A stretch of DNA of 64,000 bases from a virus. Both the position numbers and the translations under genes were made by a program. The notes under the pieces are model-generated. The model was not told the DNA's origin, searched no databases, and saw nothing but the letters and a program-made list of their open reading frames with translations. This document shows positions 30,953 to 40,768 of this stretch, piece after piece; positions within the stretch are counted from its first letter, which is position 1, and each line of letters begins with the position of its first letter. The stretch is taken from the IMG/VR virus record IMGVR_UViG_3300031566_005149, positions 1 to 64,000 of that record; one strand, given 5' to 3'.

Positions 30953-32197
30953 TTATATATTCTTTAGACGCATGTGAGGAACCTTCTCGAAGGATTTGAC
31001 ATGATAAGCTTCAAGGTCTTCTTCAATCTGATATCCCGTAATTCCAGTTACATCTTGAAGGTCGACTTTCATTCCGTTTATTCCATCCTTTCGGACAATA
31101 TAAACATTTTGGGAGGCTCTTGTTGATAGTTGTAAGCCGTGATCGGAATAGTCATTCCCACCACACAAACTTCCAGAACGAGCGTGAAGGTCAGTTATTT
31201 GAGCTGCATGATAATGACCCCAAATAACATAGTCTATTTTCTCCCCGATATGATCTGTCCATTTAGTTTTTATTTTTTGAATTTGAGTTGATACGTTACC
31301 ATTTTTAATAGTGTGACCGTGAATGACTAAGATATTTTTATTAAGAACTCGAACAACATGCTCCTGAATAGGTTTATTCAAGAATACAATTCCTTTTGAC
31401 TTTCTAAACATCAAACGAAGCATTTCAAATATCATTGTATCATAATTATCGGATACCATCATATCACTATGACCCATCTCTTTACTAACACGACTTTCAT
31501 TACCACTTACATAAGTCACTTCAAGATTAAACGATCTATTCATATCCATCAAAAACTGCTCCAGTAAAATACTAGAAAGAGCTGTTGCTCTGGCACGATT
31601 GGTGGCCATATTCATAAGTTCATCTAATCGTCTATCAGAATTGATAAGATCACCCGTTAATGCAATCATAACCTTTTTAATATTATATGCACCGAAAATT
31701 CGTTTGGCTTCCAATGCAAACTTTTTCAGTCGTTGTGATCCAATTCTAAAATCGAATTGATTATGTCGTAAATTGATAAGTTCATTAAAATGAGCATCAC
31801 TGATTTGCATGATTCCTTGAGCATTAGGATTGTATGATTTGTGGATGGTGGGTTGGTATAATCCTCTTCCGTCGATGGCGGTTGTAAGTTCTGTTACATA
31901 ATCTCCTATTGCGGAAGCATATCTAAACTCACTTCTAACCTTTCTTTCAACTCTTTGTTGATCTCTTAATCTTTGATTTCGCATCTCTAAAGAAAGGGCT
32001 TGTCGCGTCATACTATCAGTTGTTACAACATCCAACAAATGTCCATATACACTTACCGTCTGACGAACATAACGAGTACTACAACCTAAATCTCTAGATA
32101 TTGATATATGGGTGACACCTTGAGCTTTGAGTTCGAGAATTTCTATTTGTAAATCGGAAAGCTGAACATTTTCTGGGGGTGTGAAATAATTCTGCAT
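30953..32197 (-). CDS. Calcineurin-like metallophosphoesterase with an N-terminal HTH
   Basis: SDAH, GDLI, SGNE, HGH, WGHYH. Confidence 0.8.
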   Translation of the reverse strand: MQNYFTPPENVQLSDLQIEILELKAQGVTHISISRDLGCSTRYVRQTVSVYGHLLDVVTTDSMTRQALSLEMRNQRLRDQQRVERKVRSEFRYASAIGDYVTELTTAIDGRGLYQPTIHKSYNPNAQGIMQISDAHFNELINLRHNQFDFRIGSQRLKKFALEAKRIFGAYNIKKVMIALTGDLINSDRRLDELMNMATNRARATALSSILLEQFLMDMNRSFNLEVTYVSGNESRVSKEMGHSDMMVSDNYDTMIFEMLRLMFRKSKGIVFLNKPIQEHVVRVLNKNILVIHGHTIKNGNVSTQIQKIKTKWTDHIGEKIDYVIWGHYHAAQITDLHARSGSLCGGNDYSDHGLQLSTRASQNVYIVRKDGINGMKVDLQDVTGITGYQIEEDLEAYHVKSFEKVPHMRLKNI

Positions 32198-32222
32198 AGT
32201 TTATCTCCTATTAGATCTTTGA

Positions 32223-32238
32223 ATTTATAGTATGTTCT
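32223..32238 (-). promoter_or_regulatory. Putative late promoter
   Basis: AGAACATACTATAAAT. Confidence 0.6.
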
Positions 32239-32268
32239 CGTTTTTAAAAATAGTTCTCGATAGTTCTA

Positions 32269-32481
32269 CTATAAAAGTTTATTAATCAAATAAGGGCATC
32301 TTTGCCATTTAACAAAACTATCTCCCAAATTAAGTATATCAAATTCTAATTTTTCACAACATTTACCACATCTATTACAAGGAATTTCACAAGATGGAAA
32401 TAATAAAAGATTTATTACTTTTGGGAATTCTTTACATATTTCAGGTCTTTTATCATAGATTGAACATTTATATATTATCAT
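32269..32481 (-). CDS. YkgJ/CxxCxxCC-like Cys-cluster protein
   Basis: CSIYDKRPEICKEFP and CNRCGKCC. Confidence 0.65.
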   Translation of the reverse strand: MIIYKCSIYDKRPEICKEFPKVINLLLFPSCEIPCNRCGKCCEKLEFDILNLGDSFVKWQRCPYLINKLL

Positions 32482-32482
32482 G

Positions 32483-34501
32483 CTAAATTGAGCTTGAGCT
32501 TGAGCTCGTTGATGAAGAACTTACCGAACTCGAACTCAATGAGCTTGAACTGAATGAGAAACTCAATGAGCTTGAACTCGTTGACGAACTCGATGAGCTT
32601 GAACTGGTTGATGAACTCGATGAGCTTGAACTGGAAGAAGTAGAACTGGATGAACTACTTGAGCTGACCGATGAACTAGAACTCGAAGAACTGGATGAAC
32701 CGGTCACATCCTCAATTATAATGACACATAAATCCTGACCGGCCACACAATCGAATGTTCCACCATAATCATAATCAGCCATACCACCAGTTTGAATGTG
32801 AACATAATTCACATTCGTATTCGAAGTTTCATCTGTGAATGGTGTTATATCACCACTAACTTCGATATTATCAATTATGATTCCAGCATTGGTTGCATCA
32901 TATGGAATACACATAAGACCGTCTGTAATTTCATCTTCTATTTGAAATTGCATTTCCACCGGAATATCAGATACAATTCCAAGATCAAAATATGATCCAC
33001 AATCATATGTGTCTCTCTGATAGTAAATATTTGTAGAAGTAGAATCAGAATCAATACATATCGTTTGGACATCAGTACTATCTATATTCAGAGCACAGCA
33101 AGGTATCCCATCAGCGGTTGCATAATCATACACCTTATGTTCAATTTCAATTGTTCCTAAAACATCTTCTAAAACAAGACTATTAAAAAGTCTGTTTCTA
33201 AATTGAAGTGCTTCAAAGAGAATGAATCTTGCTCGATACGGTTTAAAGAAATTAACAACAGGTTTCAGATCTTTAAAGAATGCAGATAGACCATCAACCA
33301 TATAGGCAAAGTTTATAAAACCAAACCCAATATTATTTCTAACCCATATTGATAAATCATTGATTAGAGAACTTAAAACATCTATTGGGAAATCAGTCGT
33401 TAAAAGATCATCTATATCTGTTTTTAAAGTTGGGTCCAATACAGATAATATATTTTTTGCGTCTGTTAGATTTTGTAAAAAGTTTGATGGTTGAATTCTA
33501 GTGTATTGATCGTAGTAAGCGTCCAATCTAATAAGAATTCCTTCTCTCGTTTTCGGTTGGCTGGTTAAAGATTCATAATCCGATTTAATTTGTACGAAGT
33601 TTGTGTCTGTTCCGTCATAACATAAAAATAAATCTCCATCAACTCCTGTTGGGAAATAGGTATTGAACACATATAATACACCAAGATATAAACCCAAGAG
33701 AGAAGATATTCCAGCGGTTGTTCGTATTTCCGCGTTCTGTGGTAATGTCCCCCCTCCGGAATATACCTCATATTGATCTTGAATTCGTCTGCTTAATATT
33801 GCAGATTCTGGACCCTCAGTATCGATTACAGGTCTAATACCAATATAAGGAGCCTTCGAGGGGAGATTGATTTTTTCTATATTATGAAGTGCTAAGATTT
33901 GTGCTTCCGTATATAACCAATGTGGGTCTGAATCAGTAAACTCTGGATATTCAACATTTAAAACTCCAGGATTAACAGTTGTTCCAGCAATGGCATTACC
34001 ACGAAATATTAAAGAAGTGTTACTTTCCAATCTCAGAAAAAATTCAAATATGTCAACTTCAGCTAATCCATAATACTGAAGAACATCGACTAATGCTTGA
34101 GGAGTTCCTTTAACTTTATAAAGGTTAACAAGATCAAGCATGAGAGCAACTTTAGTTGATAGTGGGTTTTCATCATAGTCTCGAAGAGTTACAGAATAAT
34201 TATATCCAAAACTTCTAAATAATTCATCGAGATCCGAATTGCTCATTGAATATGGATCTGAGAGTGTGGATGTTGTTTTAACAACGGTTTTATGAGCAGA
34301 ATATAAATCAACGAGAAATTTTCTAAGTCTTTTATAATCAGCTGTGTTATAAGATAACTGATCGATAACATTACCAAAATATATATCTGAACGAGCGTCC
34401 TGATCTTTGGCTTCGGCATTTAAGGTGTCGGTGAGGCTACTTGGATTTGCGCCGTTTGCCGATCTTAAAATATCCCAGAATATATCTATATTAAAAGACA
34501 A
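32483..34501 (-). CDS. Baseplate wedge-like virion protein with a C-terminal poly-Ser tail
   Basis: LYKVKGTPQAL...YG resembles gpI/gp7-type wedge proteins. The last ~70 aa are nearly all Ser. Confidence 0.65.
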   Translation of the reverse strand: MSFNIDIFWDILRSANGANPSSLTDTLNAEAKDQDARSDIYFGNVIDQLSYNTADYKRLRKFLVDLYSAHKTVVKTTSTLSDPYSMSNSDLDELFRSFGYNYSVTLRDYDENPLSTKVALMLDLVNLYKVKGTPQALVDVLQYYGLAEVDIFEFFLRLESNTSLIFRGNAIAGTTVNPGVLNVEYPEFTDSDPHWLYTEAQILALHNIEKINLPSKAPYIGIRPVIDTEGPESAILSRRIQDQYEVYSGGGTLPQNAEIRTTAGISSLLGLYLGVLYVFNTYFPTGVDGDLFLCYDGTDTNFVQIKSDYESLTSQPKTREGILIRLDAYYDQYTRIQPSNFLQNLTDAKNILSVLDPTLKTDIDDLLTTDFPIDVLSSLINDLSIWVRNNIGFGFINFAYMVDGLSAFFKDLKPVVNFFKPYRARFILFEALQFRNRLFNSLVLEDVLGTIEIEHKVYDYATADGIPCCALNIDSTDVQTICIDSDSTSTNIYYQRDTYDCGSYFDLGIVSDIPVEMQFQIEDEITDGLMCIPYDATNAGIIIDNIEVSGDITPFTDETSNTNVNYVHIQTGGMADYDYGGTFDCVAGQDLCVIIIEDVTGSSSSSSSSSSVSSSSSSSSTSSSSSSSSSSTSSSSSSSSTSSSSLSFSFSSSSLSSSSVSSSSTSSSSSSI

Positions 34502-34517
34502 ATTTTATTCCTCCTAT

Positions 34518-35189
34518 TTATATACAGCCACCTACATTACGAACATATTGATTGGATGTGGTTTTAAAGTATTCATCTATAAGTACCAACTCGAACATAT
34601 TTTCCAATACTAACACGGTTCCAGATACCACAGTTATATTGTTATATCTTGAAACATCTCCATAAATTTTTAATTTTAAATACAGGTAAATTAATTGAGA
34701 TAGATTTGTCGATAGACTATTATAATTAACTGTTAAGATTCCAGATGTGGAATCAAACACTGCAACAGAAGCCGTTGAATCTATAATCGTTACTCCCGTT
34801 GAATCCTGACGATAAGCAAGCAATGAATCGAGCAATGTTAAATCACCTTGATCCAATAGAAATATGTTATCACCGGCATCGTTCAATTGCAGATAGTTTG
34901 CTGCGGCTCCAAATACCATCATACGCGATCTAACTAAGGACGGCCAATTGGCGTTAGACATACCACCACTATATTTATATTTATAAAAATTTTCAGAATA
35001 ATTTTCATTGAATAGCAATTCCACAACTGATCCTGTTGACAACCAGATTGTATCGATATCAACTGGCGCAGGAACCACAAACTTATTAAGGGATGAATTT
35101 ATAACAAATTCATAGAACCAATGCTGTAGCTCTGGAACAAGTTTTACAGAGACTACCTCATGAAGTGCTGCTCCAATGCATTCTGACAA
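34518..35189 (-). CDS. Putative virion protein
   Basis: Structural context, contains three DST motifs. Confidence 0.6.
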   Translation of the reverse strand: MSECIGAALHEVVSVKLVPELQHWFYEFVINSSLNKFVVPAPVDIDTIWLSTGSVVELLFNENYSENFYKYKYSGGMSNANWPSLVRSRMMVFGAAANYLQLNDAGDNIFLLDQGDLTLLDSLLAYRQDSTGVTIIDSTASVAVFDSTSGILTVNYNSLSTNLSQLIYLYLKLKIYGDVSRYNNITVVSGTVLVLENMFELVLIDEYFKTTSNQYVRNVGGCI

Positions 35190-35199
35190 TTATTTATCC

Positions 35200-35766
35200 T
35201 CACTCTTCATTGATATCAGTTTTTAGACAGTTACCTGTACTAAGCATGTCTAATGTATGAATGAATAAAACGTATGGTGGAAATTGATTAAAATCAATGC
35301 TATTTTTATTTGGATTATCTGAACTCCACATTCCACTGTGAAATCTGATCATGAGCTCTAAAGTTTTTACTTGCTCATCGCTAAATATTTCTTTCAGTGT
35401 TGATTCGTTTTCAGCTATAACATCACCCATTATCCTGTCGTGATTGGTGGCGGTGTGTTTCATTGTGCCATTCCGTCCATACTTAAAAGCGTCATGCCAA
35501 ACAATAGCCAATAACACAATATCACATTCTGATGTCTTCTTATTTACTCCAAACATTCTAAGAATTTTATATGTTCCGTAAAGCATTTCATAGACATGCT
35601 CTGCACAGGATGGGACTCTTCCATTTTCTTTCTTATGATACTTTCCCGTTGAAGATGTTGGTAGCTCCCAAATATTCGGAAACAATCCATTCAATTGTTT
35701 CCACAGAGCGTAAGCCCTGTTCGTTAAACCTTTTTCCAATAAATCATTAATTGCTTTTGTATACAC
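35200..35766 (-). CDS. HD-domain phosphohydrolase
   Basis: SSTGKYH, H, WHDAFK, NH, FHSG-W, HTLD. Confidence 0.8.
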   Translation of the reverse strand: MYTKAINDLLEKGLTNRAYALWKQLNGLFPNIWELPTSSTGKYHKKENGRVPSCAEHVYEMLYGTYKILRMFGVNKKTSECDIVLLAIVWHDAFKYGRNGTMKHTATNHDRIMGDVIAENESTLKEIFSDEQVKTLELMIRFHSGMWSSDNPNKNSIDFNQFPPYVLFIHTLDMLSTGNCLKTDINEE

Positions 35767-35784
35767 AATTCTCGTTTCCTTTCC

Positions 35785-35800
35785 ATTTATTATTTGTTCT
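35785..35800 (-). promoter_or_regulatory. Putative late promoter
   Basis: AGAACAAATAATAAAT. Confidence 0.6.
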
Positions 35801-35803
35801 CTA

Positions 35804-36451
35804 TTAAATTTTTATTTCGTCATCAATTTTCGTAACGTTTCCACCATTTAATTGTGTAAGAAATTTATTCATTGACCTATCGGCAAACCAAAAAGTTACA
35901 GAAGATATGGTAAGATAAGTCACGACACCAGTAATCTCAGTGAATATACCAACGGCTTGAACGCTTGTTAGTGAAATACCATTTTGTTGCATTATACGCC
36001 ATGCCAACATAGTTATCCAGGTTGTAACACCACATAAATATACGGTCAAAGCTGGTCTTAACATTCCTCGAACAAAATCACTCAACCCAAATAATGTTGC
36101 TATTAAAGACGCCAGTGGAAGTGTAATAATCTTCCATCTTCCTGTGACAGAAAATAATTTTTCAATCCATTTGTTATTGAACAAGGCCTTATTTCCTTCC
36201 TTTTGTCCCTGTATAAAAGCCTGAGCATCGGTTAATTCTATTTCCCCCTCCACCGTTGCACGAGTGATGGCTATGGAAGCTTTGGATTCCTGTATCATTG
36301 CGGCTGTCTCTGCTTCCACCATCTTTAACTCATGTTCATTACCAGCTTTCTTAATGTCCAATTCTAGTTTTTGAGCTTTATATTTGAAAATTCCACCAAC
36401 AACATTTCCAATAATTCCAGTGGCCATTCCAAGTATAGTTTCTAAAATCAT
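35804..36451 (-). CDS. Holin-like membrane protein
   Basis: Several TM segments, LRPALT...FWFADR, adjacent to the DUF5675 gene. Confidence 0.6.
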   Translation of the reverse strand: MILETILGMATGIIGNVVGGIFKYKAQKLELDIKKAGNEHELKMVEAETAAMIQESKASIAITRATVEGEIELTDAQAFIQGQKEGNKALFNNKWIEKLFSVTGRWKIITLPLASLIATLFGLSDFVRGMLRPALTVYLCGVTTWITMLAWRIMQQNGISLTSVQAVGIFTEITGVVTYLTISSVTFWFADRSMNKFLTQLNGGNVTKIDDEIKI

Positions 36452-36484
36452 GAATTTATCCTCCTCTTACCATATCTTTAATTA

Positions 36485-36910
36485 TTAGCTCGGTCCTCCG
36501 ATAACATTCAACGAAAATTCTTGGCCAGCCATGTGATTCATAAACGCTCTTATCGTAATTCGCGAATTAAGAATGGCTTTCTGTTCACCAAGCCAACCAA
36601 ATTTAGCACCCAAAAGCAAACAACCCTCTACTGACGTTTTCAACCCTTTATCTTTTCGGCCAGCATAATTTCCACTGTGTATTAAGATGTAAGATCGACC
36701 TGGAACTTTCGTTACCCAATATGTATTTTTAAACCTTGGAGAATATCGAAGCTTACAAATATAATTTCCCGATGGAATACATGAGATACTTCGTTGATTA
36801 TCTCTCCACGGTAGTTCGAGAGTCTTACAGTTAAAACCAGATTCGGTTATTAATGCTCCCTCTGTTCCGTGATCACTGGTTCTAAATCTTAATAGATAAA
36901 CATTTTTCAT
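36485..36910 (-). CDS. DUF5675-family protein (candidate endolysin)
   Basis: TLELPW, SCIPSGNY, VPGRSYILIHSGN, EGCLLLG. Confidence 0.75.
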   Translation of the reverse strand: MKNVYLLRFRTSDHGTEGALITESGFNCKTLELPWRDNQRSISCIPSGNYICKLRYSPRFKNTYWVTKVPGRSYILIHSGNYAGRKDKGLKTSVEGCLLLGAKFGWLGEQKAILNSRITIRAFMNHMAGQEFSLNVIGGPS

Positions 36911-37001
36911 TTTTTCACCTTCTTTTTTAATAGAAGTTTCTGCTGTTTTAATTTTAATTTTTGTAACTTCGCCCGTTTATTTTTATTGCAGCCACAAGCC
37001 A

Positions 37002-37685
37002 TTATTTTTTACCGCCTGTCTTGAATTGTCTCATAACCTTTACAACAGATTTCAATAATTCAAATTTATTATCCGAATCTTTACAGATTTCATCTGCTTT
37101 TTCTAAGATTATATTCTGAACACTATCACTTGATGTTCCGGCATTTTTCATATAACTTCGAATACCTTCTTCATCAATCTTTTTTAACCTTTCCAGGTAT
37201 TCACTTTTAGTGTCCTCAGTTATAATAATTGAAGATTCTGTTTGAATTTTTTTCTTTCTTTTTGGTTCTGGAAGTGTGACTTCTTCTTCTGGATCATCTA
37301 CAATAATCTCAGCCTGTTCATCAACTTCCACATCTTCTGTTTTAATAGTTCTTACTTTGGGTTTTTTAATGGAAACTTTTGCTTTTACAGACACGGGTTC
37401 AACCATTTTTAATTTACCTTCCCATGGAACAAAGTAATTATGGTCAGTAAATACTTCTAACTTAGCTTCTATGCTACCACCTTTAATGTCATGTATAACA
37501 TTGCGTAAGTGTGGTAAAGAAACTTTCACTTGTTGATTTTTTATAGTCACGGGAAAACCATACTCTATTCCACCAAATATAATTCTAAATTTGCCATTTA
37601 GAGTATTACGATCCAAACCCTGGACATCCAAATCAAATGTTATCAATTTTCCCTTATGGATATCTATCTGTATAGTTGAACTCAT
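37002..37685 (-). CDS. Hypothetical late protein
   Basis: ORF with RBS behind the late motif. Confidence 0.7.
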   Translation of the reverse strand: MSSTIQIDIHKGKLITFDLDVQGLDRNTLNGKFRIIFGGIEYGFPVTIKNQQVKVSLPHLRNVIHDIKGGSIEAKLEVFTDHNYFVPWEGKLKMVEPVSVKAKVSIKKPKVRTIKTEDVEVDEQAEIIVDDPEEEVTLPEPKRKKKIQTESSIIITEDTKSEYLERLKKIDEEGIRSYMKNAGTSSDSVQNIILEKADEICKDSDNKFELLKSVVKVMRQFKTGGKK

Positions 37686-37709
37686 TTGTTTTTATCCTCG
37701 CATAAGACT

Positions 37710-37725
37710 ATTTACTTTTTGTTCT
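37710..37725 (-). promoter_or_regulatory. Putative late promoter
   Basis: AGAACAAAAAGTAAAT, identical to the copy at 30612. Confidence 0.6.
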
Positions 37726-37748
37726 ACATTTTATAGATTTTGTTTAAT

Positions 37749-38774
37749 CTAAAAATATGGATCATCTAACTCCTCAGAAGACATATTAACAGTTTTGATT
37801 TCTATCTCACATTCATCACAATCCTCTGATGTTACTCCGGTTACTGTAATTTCTCCAGGTGGGTCAGCATACTTTTCAGCCATTGCTGGACCGGAAGGAC
37901 CACCACCACCACCTTGATTACATATAGGACATTCATCAACAATATACGTTTTAGTTATAGAATCCTCAGTCAATCCAGAATCGCGTACAATCAATTTAAT
38001 CGTGAAAGTATCTAAGAATGGAAATGCATAATAAAAATCTATTTCTCCAACATCTTCCAATACTGCCAGGAGATTTCCAATACTATCTCTAACTTCCCAT
38101 CTACTGTATATAATAGGTGGAAATGTTGTTGATGATGTATTTATGTATTTATAATTGAATAGTAAAGAATCACAATCTGGTAATTTCTCTCTTTCGAAAT
38201 CAGCTTGAATTTCTGTTGTGCTTGATGAACTCGAACTGGTCGAAGAGCTGGATGAACTGGAGCTAGACGAGATCGAACTACTTGATAAACTAGAACTCGA
38301 ACTACTTGATAAACTAGAACTCGAACTGATCGAAGAACTGCTGGATGAACTTGAGCTGCTGCTACTGCTGGACAAACTCGATGAGCTACTTGAGCTCGAT
38401 GAACTCGAACTCGAACTCGTTGATGATGAGCTGGAGCTGGAGCTGGAACTTGTTGATGATGAACTGGAACTGGAACTCGTTGATGAAGAACTTACCGAAC
38501 TGGAACTTGATGAACTTGAGCTGGAGCTTGACAGGCTTGATGAACTAGATGAGCTCGAAGAACTTACTGAACTGGAGCTTGATGAACTTGAGCTGGAGCT
38601 TGACAGGCTTGATGAACTAGATGAGCTCGAAGAACTTACTGAACTGGAGCTTGACGACGAAGACCCCTCGACCCAATTAACAATTAAGTCACCCGCTCTA
38701 TATGGAGTAGCACATTCATCACATGAATCTACTTGTGAAAAATATGGTACTCCAAATGGATTAGCTCCAAACAT
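37749..38774 (-). CDS. Poly-serine protein with a C-terminal PKD/Ig-like domain
   Basis: ~150-aa Ser tract, then YSRWE...FTIKLIVRDSG. Confidence 0.7.
   Translation of the reverse strand: MFGANPFGVPYFSQVDSCDECATPYRAGDLIVNWVEGSSSSSSSSVSSSSSSSSSSLSSSSSSSSSSSSVSSSSSSSSSSLSSSSSSSSSSSSVSSSSTSSSSSSSSTSSSSSSSSSSTSSSSSSSSSSSSSSLSSSSSSSSSSSSSSISSSSSLSSSSSSSLSSSSISSSSSSSSSSTSSSSSSTTEIQADFEREKLPDCDSLLFNYKYINTSSTTFPPIIYSRWEVRDSIGNLLAVLEDVGEIDFYYAFPFLDTFTIKLIVRDSGLTEDSITKTYIVDECPICNQGGGGGPSGPAMAEKYADPPGEITVTGVTSEDCDECEIEIKTVNMSSEELDDPYF
38485..38655. repeat. 72-nt tandem duplication within the poly-Ser tract
   Basis: GACAGGC at 38530 and 38602 with matching flanks. Confidence 0.85.
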
Positions 38775-38786
38775 TTAATTTCCTCA

Positions 38787-40172
38787 TTATTCATAAACAA
38801 TTAGTACGTTACAAGCTGCGACACTTATTGTAAGTGTTAATCCTATATTGAATGCAAGATTTCTAAAATCTAAATCTATCGGTTCAGTTTTAGCTGGAAG
38901 TGGTCCACTTGACCATTTAATTTCTCCAGAATTTGTCACATTATCATATAAAGTTACTACACTAGTAGATACCATACTAGATATGATCATACCGTGTAAA
39001 ATACCAGGACCATACTTTAATACATTTCCAACAGTTACTCCCACTTGATATTTACTTCTTGGTTGAGTTAATAATGGACCTAATCTAGAAATGCTCATAA
39101 CTCTACAATATAAAACATGATTAGTATCAAGACCGCTAGAGTTAACATTATCCATTCCAACATACATAGTCATTGTATTTGACCAAGTAGTTGTTAAGGC
39201 GCTGACCGTATGAAGTATTTCATCTCCAATAACAAACCAAACTTTAGAATTGGTCCAATATATTTCATATGTTTTTGCATTTGTGTCTACCTCTATAGTT
39301 GATCCCAATTGACCATTAAAATTACCGTTGGTTACTTTAGTTTCACTACCACCCTTAATTGTTGAAATTTCAAACGTAGTTCCTTCTAATGAAAAGAATG
39401 CTCCATCGGTAATAGTTGGCATTGTTGCACCCCAACCGATTCCCCAACGTCTTCTATTATTAGCAACTCCTAAATCTCCAAGTTGTATTACTGCTCTGAA
39501 TCTCATTGAGTTACCAGCGGAATATCTTGCAGCAGCAGAACTGGCCGCAATTGTGGAACCATTAGGAGTTGTATTAGTTGCAAGAGTTATTTGAGCGCCA
39601 CCCTGACTTGTAGTTCCTCCATTTGCATTAGTCACCACCACAAAATTTGAATCTACTGTTGATCCTGTAAAGTTAGTCCCAACTAACTTTGTAATAGCTG
39701 CTGTTCTTATTTCCCCTATTGGAGTATTTTCTGCATGAAATCCATAATTATCATTAATATGGGCTTCTATTTTTAATCTTCCATCTTCAGTTAAACTTCT
39801 AGGAACCGCTTCAACCATTGGGCATAGAGCTAATTGAAGTCTGAAAAATGTAGTCGCTGAAGATCCTAAGTTAACCACTCTTAATCTAACATATGAATTA
39901 ACAGCTTGTACTGTCCAACCATCCCCACCCAAGGAATACAAATAATCAAACTCATCCATTATATCCCAATTAATACCATCCGGTGACTGATCTACAGTAA
40001 TATGACAATTCTGATCCGTCTTTATAGAAACCTGCAAACCAACGACTCCAAGTGTCGAAGTTGATATTCCTGTAAATGTATCGCCAGTGGAATCAGCAGC
40101 TTCCAAATTAACATCAGAACTATTATTTGGATCGGCTACTACATCTTGTTTTATATGTTTAAAATAACTCAT
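38787..40172 (-). CDS. Putative virion surface/fibre protein, beta-rich
   Basis: Thr/Gly/Asn-rich, with a lectin-like YEIYW..SKVWFVI segment. Confidence 0.6.
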   Translation of the reverse strand: MSYFKHIKQDVVADPNNSSDVNLEAADSTGDTFTGISTSTLGVVGLQVSIKTDQNCHITVDQSPDGINWDIMDEFDYLYSLGGDGWTVQAVNSYVRLRVVNLGSSATTFFRLQLALCPMVEAVPRSLTEDGRLKIEAHINDNYGFHAENTPIGEIRTAAITKLVGTNFTGSTVDSNFVVVTNANGGTTSQGGAQITLATNTTPNGSTIAASSAAARYSAGNSMRFRAVIQLGDLGVANNRRRWGIGWGATMPTITDGAFFSLEGTTFEISTIKGGSETKVTNGNFNGQLGSTIEVDTNAKTYEIYWTNSKVWFVIGDEILHTVSALTTTWSNTMTMYVGMDNVNSSGLDTNHVLYCRVMSISRLGPLLTQPRSKYQVGVTVGNVLKYGPGILHGMIISSMVSTSVVTLYDNVTNSGEIKWSSGPLPAKTEPIDLDFRNLAFNIGLTLTISVAACNVLIVYE

Positions 40173-40182
40173 TTCATCCCCC

Positions 40183-40755
40183 TTAAATTATAATCCATAA
40201 ACCAGCATAATAATCACAAATTTGAAGGTTTTCATATTGATTAATCGCTTGATTTAATTCTCCGTCTATTGTGTTTGTTGCATAACCTTCAACAGTTATC
40301 ACGCCAGAGTTTATATTTTTTATATTTATTATTCTTCCGGAGCCAGTAGCTTCGAGAAGATTTATAGTAAAATCACTAGCTGAATCACATACAATTACAT
40401 CATCATTACCCTCAACTGTATATGTACCTGTTTTTATTACAGAATTTAAAAATCTAAATGTTCTAGACGCATAAGCTGTAATTGTGGCAGAAAATCTATC
40501 ACCAACTATAATGGTTCTTGCAGATGTTCCTTCTTGTTGCCTTGTGATTGTAAATATGTCTCCGGTGCTATCTATAACAGTTACGATCTCAGCATTCGTT
40601 GATAATGGCATTTCACTAACTGGCCACACAACAGCATTGAACGGAGTTGGTGGAAATAATGTTCCATCTCCAGACGTTATTTCTATTTGTGTCCCTGTTG
40701 TGGATGGTAATGGTGCTACCACAACTCTTGAATAAGCGAAATTTTTGTATTCCAT
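40183..40755 (-). CDS. Tail-fibre-associated protein
   Basis: EIVTV...FTITRQQEGTSAR, FTINL.ATG..I.IKN...TIDG. Confidence 0.6.
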   Translation of the reverse strand: MEYKNFAYSRVVVAPLPSTTGTQIEITSGDGTLFPPTPFNAVVWPVSEMPLSTNAEIVTVIDSTGDIFTITRQQEGTSARTIIVGDRFSATITAYASRTFRFLNSVIKTGTYTVEGNDDVIVCDSASDFTINLLEATGSGRIINIKNINSGVITVEGYATNTIDGELNQAINQYENLQICDYYAGLWIII

Positions 40756-40768
40756 TTAATTACTCTCC

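Noticed and set aside
38218-38778. + strand ORF rich in E/L/D
   Set aside because: Antisense shadow of poly-Ser codons. TCN/AGY read in this frame give only GAN/CTN, so stops cannot occur
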